This document shows, in pieces, positions 1-9,568 of a stretch of 41,912 nucleotides of DNA; position 1 is the first letter of the stretch; the number at the start of each line of letters is the position of its first letter. This stretch comes from a virus (lineage: Duplodnaviria; Caudoviricetes). The position numbers and the translations under genes are program-made. The stretch spans positions 1 to 41,912 of the IMG/VR virus record IMGVR_UViG_3300032212_000043; one strand, given 5' to 3'. The notes beneath the pieces are model-generated. The model did not search any database and was not told where the DNA came from. It saw nothing but the letters and a program-made list of their open reading frames with translations.

Positions 1-127
1 CAGCCAGCGGCACGCTGTCACTCTCATGTACACCCTCACGGCTGACCTCATCGATCACGTCAGGGTCTGACATGCCATCCAGATAGGCGACCTCTGAACC
101 GTCCACGAGGGTCAGGTGCAGCGGCTG
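1..127. repeat. Terminal direct repeat (left copy), circular assembly overlap
   Basis: Bases 1-127 are identical to 41786-41912. The repeat lies inside an ORF, and 127 is a common assembler k-mer length. Confidence 0.95.
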
Positions 128-217
128 GGTAGCGACCCGATAGGTGCGCCCTCCCCACGTCAGGTCCAGGCACCAGACCAGCTCCGCGCCCTCTGTATCG
201 GTGAACCGCCGGGGCAC
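1..217 (-). CDS. 5' part of tail-tip hub/Tal-like protein (continues across the junction into 41912..40344; about 552 aa in total)
   Basis: GTG at 217 overlaps the TAG of the upstream gene. It reads MPRRFTDTEGAELVWCLDLTWGGRTYRVATQPLHLTLVDGSEVAYL, in frame with ORF 40344..41891. Confidence 0.85.
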   Translation of the reverse strand, partial: MPRRFTDTEGAELVWCLDLTWGGRTYRVATQPLHLTLVDGSEVAYLDGMSDPDVIDEVSREGVHESDSVPLA

Positions 218-3200
218 TATCGCACCTCCCGAACGATCACTGTGGCGATGCGGAATATCTCCCCGGTGTCAGGGTCGCACTCCTCACCGAGCACGCCTTC
301 AACCTGCACCTCACTGTCCAACGTGCCGAGCATGAACGCATCGGAGAATCGATAGTGTCTCGTGTCGCCGTTCAGCGCGATGCAGGGGAAGTAGGTCAGG
401 GCATCACGGGCACCGAGGTTCTCCAAGATGCCCCGCAATGACATCGGCGGGTCTTTCTGAGCGATGTTGGCCAGGTTGCCGGATGTCGCGCTGCTCTTGA
501 TGTAGTCGGGGTCAGAGCCGGTCCCCTGGAGCTGCGTGATGTCGATGGGGTCAGGCCATGCGATGCGCAGGATTCTCCCGGCTGGCCCTGCCCTGCGTGT
601 GCGCTGCGTTCCGCTGACGGTGCGCTGTGTGAGGTCTCCAGAGGACGATGCAATCACCCGGCCCCATCCGTACTGCGTGCCGAACACGAACACCCGCCCC
701 ATGGAGAAGTGCCCGATTCTCAGATCCAGGTCTGCCGTCTTCTGGGCGTCGATGCGCAGCGCCCAACCCCCGCCCGTCTCGCCTGCGGTATGGAACGTTG
801 TGGAGAACTTGTCGGGTATGAGGGTCACCACCGAGGATGTCGGCTCGCCGCCGTCGATGCCCGTGAGGAAAAAGACGGGCTTGGCACCGCTGATGTTGCT
901 GGCCAGCGTCCCGGCGGTGTTGCCAGTGATCCGGCGGAACGTCGTGCCCATCTTGACGGTCCACCCCGCGCACTCATTCTCGCGGTAGTAGCGCCCGCTG
1001 GATGTGGTGGGGAGGGACGGCACAATCAACTCGCTACCACGGCGAGTCAGGGAGAACGCCGTGGTAAACCCGTTGCTGATGGTGGCTACAGAGACCCATG
1101 CATTGGTGCCTGTGTCCCATCGCTCGATACTGCCGGACGTCCAGTTCACCCCGGCGAATGTCGCATAGCACATTGTTGAGCCCAGCCCCTGCTCCTCGCT
1201 GCCGAAGGTAGTCGCATCGGCGTTGAGCACGAAGGGGATCAACTGCTCCGGGGTGTCGCCAGAGGTGACCGCGACTGACCGCCAGGGGGTGCGGGGGGAT
1301 GGGCTTTCCCGATGGAAGATGCGCGCGATGGGGTGCTCATAGGCGGTGTCGATGTTGAACGTGTCGCCCTCCATCGCAGACCCGTCGACGGCGACCAGCC
1401 GCACGCCATCATCGATGCCAATGGTCTGACCCCGGCGTGAGAGGGTGCGCCCAAACAGGTCGTCCGGGTTGGTGAACCCTCCACCAAGGGCGCCGTTCAC
1501 CGATGCGCCAGCCATGGCGTGGACTTCGTGAATGTCGTAGTCAGCGGTGCTGGTGGCGATGGAGCCCCACACGACGACGTCCGTGGAGCCACCGCCCGCC
1601 GTCAGGCTGTGCCCCTCGATGGCGGGCGTCCACTCTCGGTCCGACTTGCTGTCCAGCGCCCTGAACCAGACGGACAGCTCGCCGCCCGCGATCGCAGCGA
1701 GGACATCAATCCCTCCGCTCGGGGCTACAGAGGTCTTGTCGGTGCCGATTTGTGCTCCGGCGATGTCGTCCTGCATGCGGAATCCAGCCGTGGTGAACCG
1801 GATGTACACGTCATAGTGGGTGCCGCCGTCCGCGCTGCGCAGGTTCAGTGCGATCCCATTGGTGGTCAGTGATCCGCCGCTGTTGACCGTCAGTGCCATG
1901 CGCGCCACGATTCCCTGCGCAACCGTGCTGGCCAGGGTCATGGTCGTGTATTTGTTGTTTGCGGACGTGGCGCGATTCAGCAGACCGTCTGTGGTGATGC
2001 TGTCGGTGCCTGCTCCGGTCGTGGTCAGGCTGGAGATGTTCGCCGGAAGCTCAAACGGCAGGTAGCTCTCCGTCCACGATGAGCGCTGGTATGCCCGGGG
2101 GTAGGAGATGGGCGCCGGCAGATTGACCGTGGTTGCTCCGCCGAGGAACAGGGCAGAGAGGGTCGTGGATGTGGTCACGTCGGTGGTGTTCAGGCCGATC
2201 AGGATCTGCCGCCCACGGTGAGAGACGCCCACGAAATCAGAGAGGTGGGTGGATGCGTCTCCGCTGTAGTAGACGAGCGCACCGGCTGCGTCTGTGCCGT
2301 CGCTGTCTCCGTTGCCGGTGTACAGCCAGTTCAGCCCGCCATCTGTGGAGCGGGCCAGGAACACACCGCCCTCATTTGTTGCCGTGGCTGACGTCAGACG
2401 CCATGCGCCCTGAATGGTGCCATCCTCATCGACCCACACCGTGCCGTCGCCATCGGTGACTTGCTGGTTGGTGGTTGTGTCGTACTCGAAGACCCGGCCA
2501 TTGGTGCCGCTGCCAGACTCACTGAAAGAGAACACGCCGGCTGATGCCTCAAACGCGGTCGTCACTCGGGTGACAATCGAGGACTGAGCCGAGGGCAAGG
2601 CAACCCGATACATGTAGTTCGCGGTTGGCAACTGCGCGATTGTGGAGGGCCAGAACACCGTGAGGACGCCGTCGATTTCCTTCACTGAATGGAAAGCAAA
2701 GACGTTGGTGTCCCCGGCGTCAAAGTCGATGATCTGGATGGGTGCCGCGAGTGAGAACCGGGCCGCACGGCTCACGCTGAACCACTGCGCAACCTGATCC
2801 CGGGGTTCGGCTGAAACAGTGGTGTTGTTGGAGATGACATGCGCCACCAGCAGGCACTGACCACCACTGAACGCCATGCGCAGCCGCCCAGCCTCATACC
2901 CACTGGCGCCACCACCCGGCGTACCGGAGATGTCCAGACCGGTCTCCAGCGCGTAGGAGGAGACGACCGTCCACGTGACCCCATCCTTTGAGCGGTGGGT
3001 GCGGACCTGTGCGAGACTGGCCCCGGTGTCGTAGATCCAGTGCGCGATGTACAGGTATCCATCGCGCCTGTTGTGCGTGATGGCTGGATGGTATCCGTCG
3101 GTCGGGCTGGTGGTGTCCGTGTGGACCACAGAGGACGTCCACGTGCCGTCTGACGGGTCGTAGACGGCCACCTCGACATTGTACGCGGTGGGGCCGGTGG

Positions 3201-3618
3201 CTTGCCGCTGGTAGACAACGGCGATCTTGTCTGTGCGGTCGGTGTCGTAGAAGGCGCATGCGTCCGGGTCTGCCAGCGCTGTGGTCGCGGCTGCGGCTGT
3301 GGTTCGGATGACCTGCCATGCGCTGGTCTGCTGGACATCACAGCCCCGCCAGTCGTCGTCCCCTTCGTACTGGTAGATGACCTCGGCGCCACCCGGCTGC
3401 ACGAACCCGGCCTGGCTCACCTTGACGCGCAGTTCCTTCGATGCCGACTGTGTCCCGCTCGCTTCCAACGCCAGCGTGTAAGAGCCCTGCGGCACCGGCT
3501 CACCGGATGTCGGCCCCTGCTGCGTGTATGTCGCTTTGTCCGCCCACAGATGGGAGGGGGTGAACGGGTAGGGGATGCCAAAGCCGCGCAGGGCGGTACC
3601 GGTAACGTCATCTGCCAT
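217..3618 (-). CDS. Large tail-tip protein with Asp-box/BNR beta-propeller (sialidase-like) region; probable decorated distal tail protein
   Basis: 1133 aa, Thr/Gly/Ser-rich. Asp-box motifs RSKDGVTW and RSTDGGLNW. Follows the tape measure gene. Confidence 0.75.
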   Translation of the reverse strand: MADDVTGTALRGFGIPYPFTPSHLWADKATYTQQGPTSGEPVPQGSYTLALEASGTQSASKELRVKVSQAGFVQPGGAEVIYQYEGDDDWRGCDVQQTSAWQVIRTTAAAATTALADPDACAFYDTDRTDKIAVVYQRQATGPTAYNVEVAVYDPSDGTWTSSVVHTDTTSPTDGYHPAITHNRRDGYLYIAHWIYDTGASLAQVRTHRSKDGVTWTVVSSYALETGLDISGTPGGGASGYEAGRLRMAFSGGQCLLVAHVISNNTTVSAEPRDQVAQWFSVSRAARFSLAAPIQIIDFDAGDTNVFAFHSVKEIDGVLTVFWPSTIAQLPTANYMYRVALPSAQSSIVTRVTTAFEASAGVFSFSESGSGTNGRVFEYDTTTNQQVTDGDGTVWVDEDGTIQGAWRLTSATATNEGGVFLARSTDGGLNWLYTGNGDSDGTDAAGALVYYSGDASTHLSDFVGVSHRGRQILIGLNTTDVTTSTTLSALFLGGATTVNLPAPISYPRAYQRSSWTESYLPFELPANISSLTTTGAGTDSITTDGLLNRATSANNKYTTMTLASTVAQGIVARMALTVNSGGSLTTNGIALNLRSADGGTHYDVYIRFTTAGFRMQDDIAGAQIGTDKTSVAPSGGIDVLAAIAGGELSVWFRALDSKSDREWTPAIEGHSLTAGGGSTDVVVWGSIATSTADYDIHEVHAMAGASVNGALGGGFTNPDDLFGRTLSRRGQTIGIDDGVRLVAVDGSAMEGDTFNIDTAYEHPIARIFHRESPSPRTPWRSVAVTSGDTPEQLIPFVLNADATTFGSEEQGLGSTMCYATFAGVNWTSGSIERWDTGTNAWVSVATISNGFTTAFSLTRRGSELIVPSLPTTSSGRYYRENECAGWTVKMGTTFRRITGNTAGTLASNISGAKPVFFLTGIDGGEPTSSVVTLIPDKFSTTFHTAGETGGGWALRIDAQKTADLDLRIGHFSMGRVFVFGTQYGWGRVIASSSGDLTQRTVSGTQRTRRAGPAGRILRIAWPDPIDITQLQGTGSDPDYIKSSATSGNLANIAQKDPPMSLRGILENLGARDALTYFPCIALNGDTRHYRFSDAFMLGTLDSEVQVEGVLGEECDPDTGEIFRIATVIVREVR

Positions 3619-3622
3619 GGGA

Positions 3623-3922
3623 TCACTCGGGGTTCAGGGGGGCCAATTCAAGAAAGCGCGCCCGGATGTAGGCATCCTCCCCATACTCCGACGCCGGACA
3701 GTCCACCGTCAACAGCGCCCCTCCACGCCGCACAGGGGCCGTCTCGCAGCCCGCCGCTACGTCGCCATGACAGACCTCAACACCGAGCAGGTGGGCCGCA
3801 TCATGCTGGCTGCTGACCCTCGCTTCGTCGTCCACGCACTCCGCCGTCAGGACGTGGATGTCACCGGTCGTGTGGTACGTCTCCACGTCAGGGGCACACG
3901 CGAGCAGTAGGGCGAGGATCAT
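3623..3922 (-). CDS. Small lipoprotein (moron-like)
   Basis: N-terminus MILALLLA-C is a short signal with a lipobox Cys. Further Cys residues follow. GGAG SD upstream. Confidence 0.7.
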   Translation of the reverse strand: MILALLLACAPDVETYHTTGDIHVLTAECVDDEARVSSQHDAAHLLGVEVCHGDVAAGCETAPVRRGGALLTVDCPASEYGEDAYIRARFLELAPLNPE

Positions 3923-3962
3923 GGGTTCTCCGGGGCTGGGGTTGCCCCTTCATCGTGGCCCA

Positions 3963-5774
3963 TCAGTACCGCCCACGGTTGAGGGGCGGGTGCGGGTTGG
4001 TGCGCAGGTTTCGCGAGTAGCGGGTGGTTCCCGAGCGGGCAGACCGGTCAAGCTCGGTGTCGAGGTGACTGCGACCGATGACAGCGGTGATCACCTGGCC
4101 ACCGCCGCCGGGGAGGTTGCCGTTGTTTGCGTCGTCGATGAGCTTCGTTGCGGTGGAGTTGGCCACAGCGCCGGGGGTGGACAGCTCGGTCTGGAGCACC
4201 TTGCGCCCGAACATGTTGCGCTCATCCGGAGCCATCGCACCGGCTCCGCGTGGGGTACCGATGTGCGCCTCTGGCAGCGGCACCGCTGCGATCTGCGCAA
4301 CCTGCGCCAGCCCGAGGGCAATCTGTGCGGCTGCGGCGGGCGGGCCGATGATGGGGCCGAGGGCCAGCGCCTGAGATGCGCCGACGTAGGTATTGATTGT
4401 CGCCTGCGCGATTCCAGCGGCTTTGCTGGTGACCGCAAGCGCTCGGGCTCCACGCTTGCCGCTTGCCGCCAGCGTGTCAGCCATGGTGGACGCGAGGTCT
4501 CCAACAGCGCCAAACGTGTCTGCGATGGCCCCTGGAACGGCGGCGGTCTGCTGCTCCAGGTCGAGGATCATCGCGTCTAGTTCCCGAATGGTGCCGCCCA
4601 GCGATGCGCTGGTGGTGTCTGCCCATTGCTGGGTAGCGGCTGAGGTGTCCCGAAGTGACCGGTTGTACAACTCAACCCGGGCCGTCATCACGTCGATACT
4701 GTTTGCGCCCTTGGTCTCTAACTCTGCAAGCCGTGCGAGCTGCTCCTGTAGGCTCACCTCGATGGCTTCGTAGGGAGTCAGGGTGTCCGATGTCGCCTGC
4801 GCGATGATCTTCAGGACGCTGGCCTGTGCGCGCTGTGCTGCGGCAAGCTCCCGGGCGTCTGCGGCAGCTTGCCGGTCTGCCTCCGACTTCCGAGAAGCCT
4901 GACGGGCGGCATCCTCTGCGGCTTGTGACGTGTCCTTATACGTCTGGATCAGCGCCTCAGCCTGCGGGATGTAGTCCCCCACGGTCTCTGATGCGGTGCT
5001 AACGCTACCCTTGAACTGGTCGATACTGGATTGCAGGGATGTGAACGCCTCAGCGCCCAGCGGGTCTTTCAGGCGCTCCAGCGGGTTGAGCCGGTCTGCC
5101 ATGAACCGCGTGAACGCGTTGGACAGCAGCATGACCGCATCGATGGTCTTGAGGATCGACACTGGTGCATCACGGACCACCATTGAGAAGGCCGTGATTC
5201 CAACCAGCCCCTTCTCGATGGCAGGCGCAAGAGTCACCACGATTGCGGCTCCCATGCCCTTGATTGCCAGGGTCGTGGCTTCAAGCGTGTCGTCAACCTC
5301 CACCAACCGGTCAATGTCGGCGTCATGGACAAAGCCGGGGAACTCCTCCGCCTCGATGCGCAGCTCACGCGCATTGGCGGTCAGCCTGGCCAGCCCGACG
5401 CTGATCGCCCCGACCGCACCAATGGTCAAGGCGATGCCTGCACCAAGCCCGACCATGGCAATGCCTGCTGCGCCCGCAGATGCGGCGGCTCTGGTCATGC
5501 CCCCTGCAAGATTGCCGAGGATTCGAGACCCCTTTCCGCCCGCCCTGCCAAGGACAGTAAAGCCGCTGGTCGTGGTCCGAATGGACTTGGATAGAGACAA
5601 CAGTGATGCGTCGGTGCGCCTGACCTTCCGGGTGGTCTTGTCCATCTCCCGACCGGTCTTTTCGGTCTGCTTTTCCAGGCCGTCAAAACCCTTGTTTACC
5701 ACCTCTGTGGTTCGGATCAGGTCGCCGGCCTCACCTTCCCAGATGTAGACGATCTTCTTGGTCTCAGTCGCCAT
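3963..5774 (-). CDS. Tail tape measure protein
   Basis: 603 aa, Ala/Gly-rich helical protein with a typical C-terminal AGIAQATINTYVGASQALA segment. Follows the chaperone pair. Confidence 0.9.
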   Translation of the reverse strand: MATETKKIVYIWEGEAGDLIRTTEVVNKGFDGLEKQTEKTGREMDKTTRKVRRTDASLLSLSKSIRTTTSGFTVLGRAGGKGSRILGNLAGGMTRAAASAGAAGIAMVGLGAGIALTIGAVGAISVGLARLTANARELRIEAEEFPGFVHDADIDRLVEVDDTLEATTLAIKGMGAAIVVTLAPAIEKGLVGITAFSMVVRDAPVSILKTIDAVMLLSNAFTRFMADRLNPLERLKDPLGAEAFTSLQSSIDQFKGSVSTASETVGDYIPQAEALIQTYKDTSQAAEDAARQASRKSEADRQAAADARELAAAQRAQASVLKIIAQATSDTLTPYEAIEVSLQEQLARLAELETKGANSIDVMTARVELYNRSLRDTSAATQQWADTTSASLGGTIRELDAMILDLEQQTAAVPGAIADTFGAVGDLASTMADTLAASGKRGARALAVTSKAAGIAQATINTYVGASQALALGPIIGPPAAAAQIALGLAQVAQIAAVPLPEAHIGTPRGAGAMAPDERNMFGRKVLQTELSTPGAVANSTATKLIDDANNGNLPGGGGQVITAVIGRSHLDTELDRSARSGTTRYSRNLRTNPHPPLNRGRY

Positions 5775-5998
5775 CAGGACGCCTCTTGCAGTTGGGCTGC
5801 GGCTTGCATGATTGTCTTGCGCTTCATGCGCTCGTCAAACTTCTCACGCGCTGCGGGCTTGCCGTGCATGAGGTTGTGGGCCATCCGAACAGCAAGGAAC
5901 GCCTCGACTTCATCCCGATTGGTGTTGTCGTCGGGTGTCGTCGAGCGGGCCTGGGCAAGAACGAAGTCTAAGCGGCCCCGTTCGCTTTGGTAAAAAAA
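5774..5998 (-). CDS. Tail assembly chaperone, -1 frameshift extension (gpGT-like)
   Basis: The -1 frame opens at the T7 run (5992-5998) and reads FYQSERGRLDFVLAQ...QEAS. Its stop overlaps the tape measure ATG. Confidence 0.8.
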   Translation of the reverse strand, partial: FFYQSERGRLDFVLAQARSTTPDDNTNRDEVEAFLAVRMAHNLMHGKPAAREKFDERMKRKTIMQAAAQLQEAS

Positions 5999-6420
5999 GC
6001 GGCGTCCTCGATGACCTCCGCACGCGGAATGCTGGCCGTGATCTGCTGCATGAGGACAAACCCGACCGTCCACAGGGTCAGGGCGATGCTGGAGCCGTCG
6101 GGCTTCTGGAGCCCGATCTCTTCACCGTCGATGGTGTGGACCTTGACCGGCGTAGACGGGGACATGCCCCACTGGCCCAGCATGACCTCACAGACGCTCG
6201 CAGCGTACTTGTAGACGTCCCGGTCTCCCCGGTCAGGGCGATAGGAGGGCAGGCGGTTCTTGTCAGCCCAGCACGCGCCCAGAACACCCCACATGAGGCG
6301 CCCACGATCGGCGTCTTCTGCCCCCCATGCCGTCAGCAGGTCGAGGCGGGCTGCAAACGACTGCGGCAGTTCGACGGAGATCTCCCCGGCCCCTGCGATG
6401 TGAATGGTCTTGATGTCCAT
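5968..6420 (-). CDS. Tail assembly chaperone (gpG-like)
   Basis: Lies between tail tube and tape measure genes. Ends with slippery GCT TTT TTT ACC. Confidence 0.85.
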   Translation of the reverse strand: MDIKTIHIAGAGEISVELPQSFAARLDLLTAWGAEDADRGRLMWGVLGACWADKNRLPSYRPDRGDRDVYKYAASVCEVMLGQWGMSPSTPVKVHTIDGEEIGLQKPDGSSIALTLWTVGFVLMQQITASIPRAEVIEDAAFFTKANGAA

Positions 6421-6423
6421 GGA

Positions 6424-6948
6424 CTACGCCGGACCGGTGACGGTGTACCCGCCGAGGCACATTGCGGAGATCGTGATCTTGGACGGGTCGCCTTCCTTGA
6501 GGTCGTACTTGAAGATGCACTTTGAGAAGGTCACGGTGTTGTCCGCACCGTCGCCCCAATCGCTGCCCTCAACCGTGAAGGTCATGTCCAGGTTGTGCTG
6601 TTCGTGGCTGTTGCTGACCTTCGTCCACGCCGACGCGCCACCCGTGCCGGTGATGACATCCAGCAGTGATGCCGGGTTGGTCGCGCTCGTCTTGCTGTTG
6701 GTGAACGTCTTGAGTTTGACCGTGAAGGTGACCTCAATAGGCTGCTGCTTGCCCTTGCGGCTCGCAGTGATGATGTTCCGGTCATAGATGACGATGGTCT
6801 CGTCAATGTCTCCGGGACCGACCGCAAAGCCCACGTCCCCATCTTCGTAGTCAACGAGGAAATCGTTGGTTCCCCCGCTGTCCGTGAGGCTCATAGAGCC
6901 GTCCCGGATGACCTTGGGCATGGTGGATGGATCAGAAAAACTCGCCAT
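6424..6948 (-). CDS. Major tail tube protein
   Basis: 174 aa, beta-rich. Synteny after the tail-completion genes and before the chaperone. Confidence 0.8.
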   Translation of the reverse strand: MASFSDPSTMPKVIRDGSMSLTDSGGTNDFLVDYEDGDVGFAVGPGDIDETIVIYDRNIITASRKGKQQPIEVTFTVKLKTFTNSKTSATNPASLLDVITGTGGASAWTKVSNSHEQHNLDMTFTVEGSDWGDGADNTVTFSKCIFKYDLKEGDPSKITISAMCLGGYTVTGPA

Positions 6949-6950
6949 GA

Positions 6951-7307
6951 CTATGGCTCCCTGGTGAGGATGAGGGTGAGGCGGGTGTTGACCTTGTCTG
7001 TCAGCTCAGCAACCCGCTCCTTGAACAGTCTGTCAGCCGCATCCAGCACGTACCGCGATGGGTGGCCTTTGTAGTGCACGTGTCCGGCGTAGGATGCACC
7101 ATTGGTGATGGTCATGGTGGTTTTGCGGGTCGTGTTGGTGACCCGTCGGCGCCATGACTGACGCATGAGCCCGGTGTCTACCGGGGTGATCGCCTGGATG
7201 TCTTCTTTGATGTCCACCGACTCCGCGCGGGTCACCTCAGTAATCGCCGGAACGATCCGAGACCGGGGGATGCGGGGGATGGCGTCAAAGCGCTGCTTGA
7301 ACTTCAC
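6951..7307 (-). CDS. HK97 gp10-like tail completion protein
   Basis: Motif TPVDTGLMRQSW ... NGASYAGHVHY. Confidence 0.8.
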   Translation of the reverse strand: MKFKQRFDAIPRIPRSRIVPAITEVTRAESVDIKEDIQAITPVDTGLMRQSWRRRVTNTTRKTTMTITNGASYAGHVHYKGHPSRYVLDAADRLFKERVAELTDKVNTRLTLILTREP

Positions 7308-7810
7308 GACGCCACCCGCTCAACCTTGCCGATCCATTCGATCATCGCCGTGACGCGCCAGCGCCGGTACTGCTCGGTCCCGGTGCGCTTCTCAAGCTGC
7401 GTCGGCTTGTAGATGCGCTGGTAGTATCCAGCAATGGCCACAGGACTGGCAGGTGTGCTGTAGTCGAGGAAGGTGAGCGCTCGACCGTCAAGGGTGGTGT
7501 CAAGCTCGCTGGCGGCCCGCCGAGGGGCGTACAGGTCCATCGCTGCACCATCATCCCCGTTTGGCCAGAACAGATCGATGGCCATCTGGACGGACATCAT
7601 GCGCGCATCGTATGTGGCATCAATCCGCCCGCCATACACAGGCGCCTGGGGGCGAAAGGTGACCCGGCCCCATGGGGAGGTCGGAAGGTTTCCAATCCGC
7701 GCCTCTTCGGCATGCCGAATGGCCGGTGAGCCGGTGAGCGTGAGGGTCTGGAGGTACGCCATCCAGCGCATTTCCACGTACTCCACCCGCATGGTTGCAT
7801 CTGTGGCCAT
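7304..7810 (-). CDS. Probable tail terminator protein
   Basis: Synteny, size (168 aa) and coupled start/stop codons. Confidence 0.6.
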   Translation of the reverse strand: MATDATMRVEYVEMRWMAYLQTLTLTGSPAIRHAEEARIGNLPTSPWGRVTFRPQAPVYGGRIDATYDARMMSVQMAIDLFWPNGDDGAAMDLYAPRRAASELDTTLDGRALTFLDYSTPASPVAIAGYYQRIYKPTQLEKRTGTEQYRRWRVTAMIEWIGKVERVAS

Positions 7811-8211
7811 CAGACAGAGCGCTCCATTGTGATCTCGTAGTGTCCGGTGATCATGTCCTGAACCACAAACGTGACACCGTATCGGTCAGAACCAACCGTG
7901 ATGGTGGTGTCTGTCGTCGGGGCAGAGCTGAGCGACGCGGCCTCAATGTAGACAAGCCGGCGTATCAGGACACGCTGCCCCTCATCGTCCCGGATCTCCT
8001 CCGCATCGATGGCACCAAGCAGGGCGTTCACGGTGTCGTCGTCGACCGTGGGGGTGGCCTCACCAGTAGCGTAGTCCATCACCGGGGCGCTGGTGGGGGT
8101 AGAGACGGTGACCGATGCGGAGACGCGCGCGTCTCCGGTGATGCTGGCAATGTCTGCTCTGACCGCCGCCAGCATGACAGCATCGATGATGCCGTTGCCG
8201 TGATAATTCAT
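7810..8211 (-). CDS. Probable head closure (stopper) protein
   Basis: Synteny. C-terminal PTTDTTITVGSDRYGV is typical of the family. Confidence 0.65.
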   Translation of the reverse strand: MNYHGNGIIDAVMLAAVRADIASITGDARVSASVTVSTPTSAPVMDYATGEATPTVDDDTVNALLGAIDAEEIRDDEGQRVLIRRLVYIEAASLSSAPTTDTTITVGSDRYGVTFVVQDMITGHYEITMERSV

Positions 8212-8555
8212 CCCAGCACCGGCTCAACGTACCCGGCATCCATGGGGAGCAGGGCAGTCGACGGCGTCGCCAGTGTGGGAAGGTCGCCACCGTACAGGCT
8301 CAGCAACTCCTTGATGGCGCTGATCTGTGCGGTGTCGTCGTAGGAGAGGCCCTGCACGGAGAACTTCTTCATGCGCAGCCCCTTGGATGCGAGGAGCGCA
8401 CGGAGACATGCCGCAGTGGCATCATCCACACTCCCCTCGCTGGACAGCATCTGGTCAACCTCGGCATCCTCGAACCAGTACGCTGCCGAGTCGGTATCGC
8501 CCAGATTGAAGCGAACCCGGCCCCGGTCAGTCGTGATGTCGTAGGTGAATGCCAT
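8208..8555 (-). CDS. Head-tail adaptor
   Basis: MAFTYD...RVRFNLGDTD...FEDAEVD motif directly after the capsid gene. Confidence 0.75.
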   Translation of the reverse strand: MAFTYDITTDRGRVRFNLGDTDSAAYWFEDAEVDQMLSSEGSVDDATAACLRALLASKGLRMKKFSVQGLSYDDTAQISAIKELLSLYGGDLPTLATPSTALLPMDAGYVEPVLG

Positions 8556-8569
8556 GGTCAGACCTCAGA

Positions 8570-9565
8570 TCAGGATGCAGCCTTGTTGGCACAGTACTGG
8601 TAGCGCCACTGGTCAACCGCAGCACCGAACAGGTACTCACTGTTCACCTTGATGTCGCCGTTGTCCAGCGGGGTAACCCACATGCGCGGAGCGCCAGAGT
8701 CGTAGATTCGAAGGCCCCGACCACGCTGGACGACCCACCAGGAAGACGCCGAAGCAGCATCGTCAAGGGCGTTCCACACCACGATATTCAGCGAACCGGC
8801 GATGGGGTTGACGTCGTTGTTGGCGCTGCCCGTCACCTGGGTGCTGTTCAGGATGGTCCGGGCGGTGTACTCCAGGCCCGGGGGGACAATGATGGTGTCT
8901 GGACGAATGAGAATGCGCTCGCCACGGTCGTTGACCGCGTTGGTGCTCCGCATGGTCGTAAGGACCGTCTGAAGGTTCGTCTGGGTCAGGGCCAGGCTGG
9001 CGGTGTGGTTGCTGTAGGTGTTGCCAGAGCCGTCCGCCACGGTGTGTGCGGTGTCGAACCAGGGCAGGCCATCGTAGATGAATCCTGCGTTGGGGTCCGC
9101 GTTGCCGGGGTAGGAGTTGTCGAAGAACTCGGTGCTGCCAGCGGTCAGCGTGCCCTTCTGGAACATGTCCGCGATGTGGTCCTCCTTCTGGAGCATCGCG
9201 ATCTCTGCGCGGTCCCGGGCGAACTCGATGATGCGCGCCTTGACCGCAGAGGCGGCGCCGTTGGAGCGCAGCAGGCGGGAGGGAAGGATCATGCCGCGAG
9301 CGTACTGCTCGATGCTTGCCTGCCAGTCGTACGCCTTGCCCGTGGTGGAGTCGTTGATCTCCTGGAGGTCCGCACGCTTGTCGAAGCGCTGGTGACCCAT
9401 GAACACGGTGCCACGGTCGCCGTAGAGGGCAACGCCGGCCTCGGTGGGGTTGATGATGCGCCCGAGGGTCTGGTACTGCGCGGGCATCGCGTCGTACATC
9501 TCGAACATGGCGGAATAGCCGTCGTTTTCAACGAGGGCTGTGACCTGGGAAACGTCGAGGGCCAT
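8570..9565 (-). CDS. Major capsid protein (Mu gpT-like, HK97 fold)
   Basis: 331 aa with DGLPWFDTAH, PDTIIVPPGLE and FGAAVDQWR motifs. Confidence 0.9.
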   Translation of the reverse strand: MALDVSQVTALVENDGYSAMFEMYDAMPAQYQTLGRIINPTEAGVALYGDRGTVFMGHQRFDKRADLQEINDSTTGKAYDWQASIEQYARGMILPSRLLRSNGAASAVKARIIEFARDRAEIAMLQKEDHIADMFQKGTLTAGSTEFFDNSYPGNADPNAGFIYDGLPWFDTAHTVADGSGNTYSNHTASLALTQTNLQTVLTTMRSTNAVNDRGERILIRPDTIIVPPGLEYTARTILNSTQVTGSANNDVNPIAGSLNIVVWNALDDAASASSWWVVQRGRGLRIYDSGAPRMWVTPLDNGDIKVNSEYLFGAAVDQWRYQYCANKAAS

Positions 9566-9568
9566 TGG

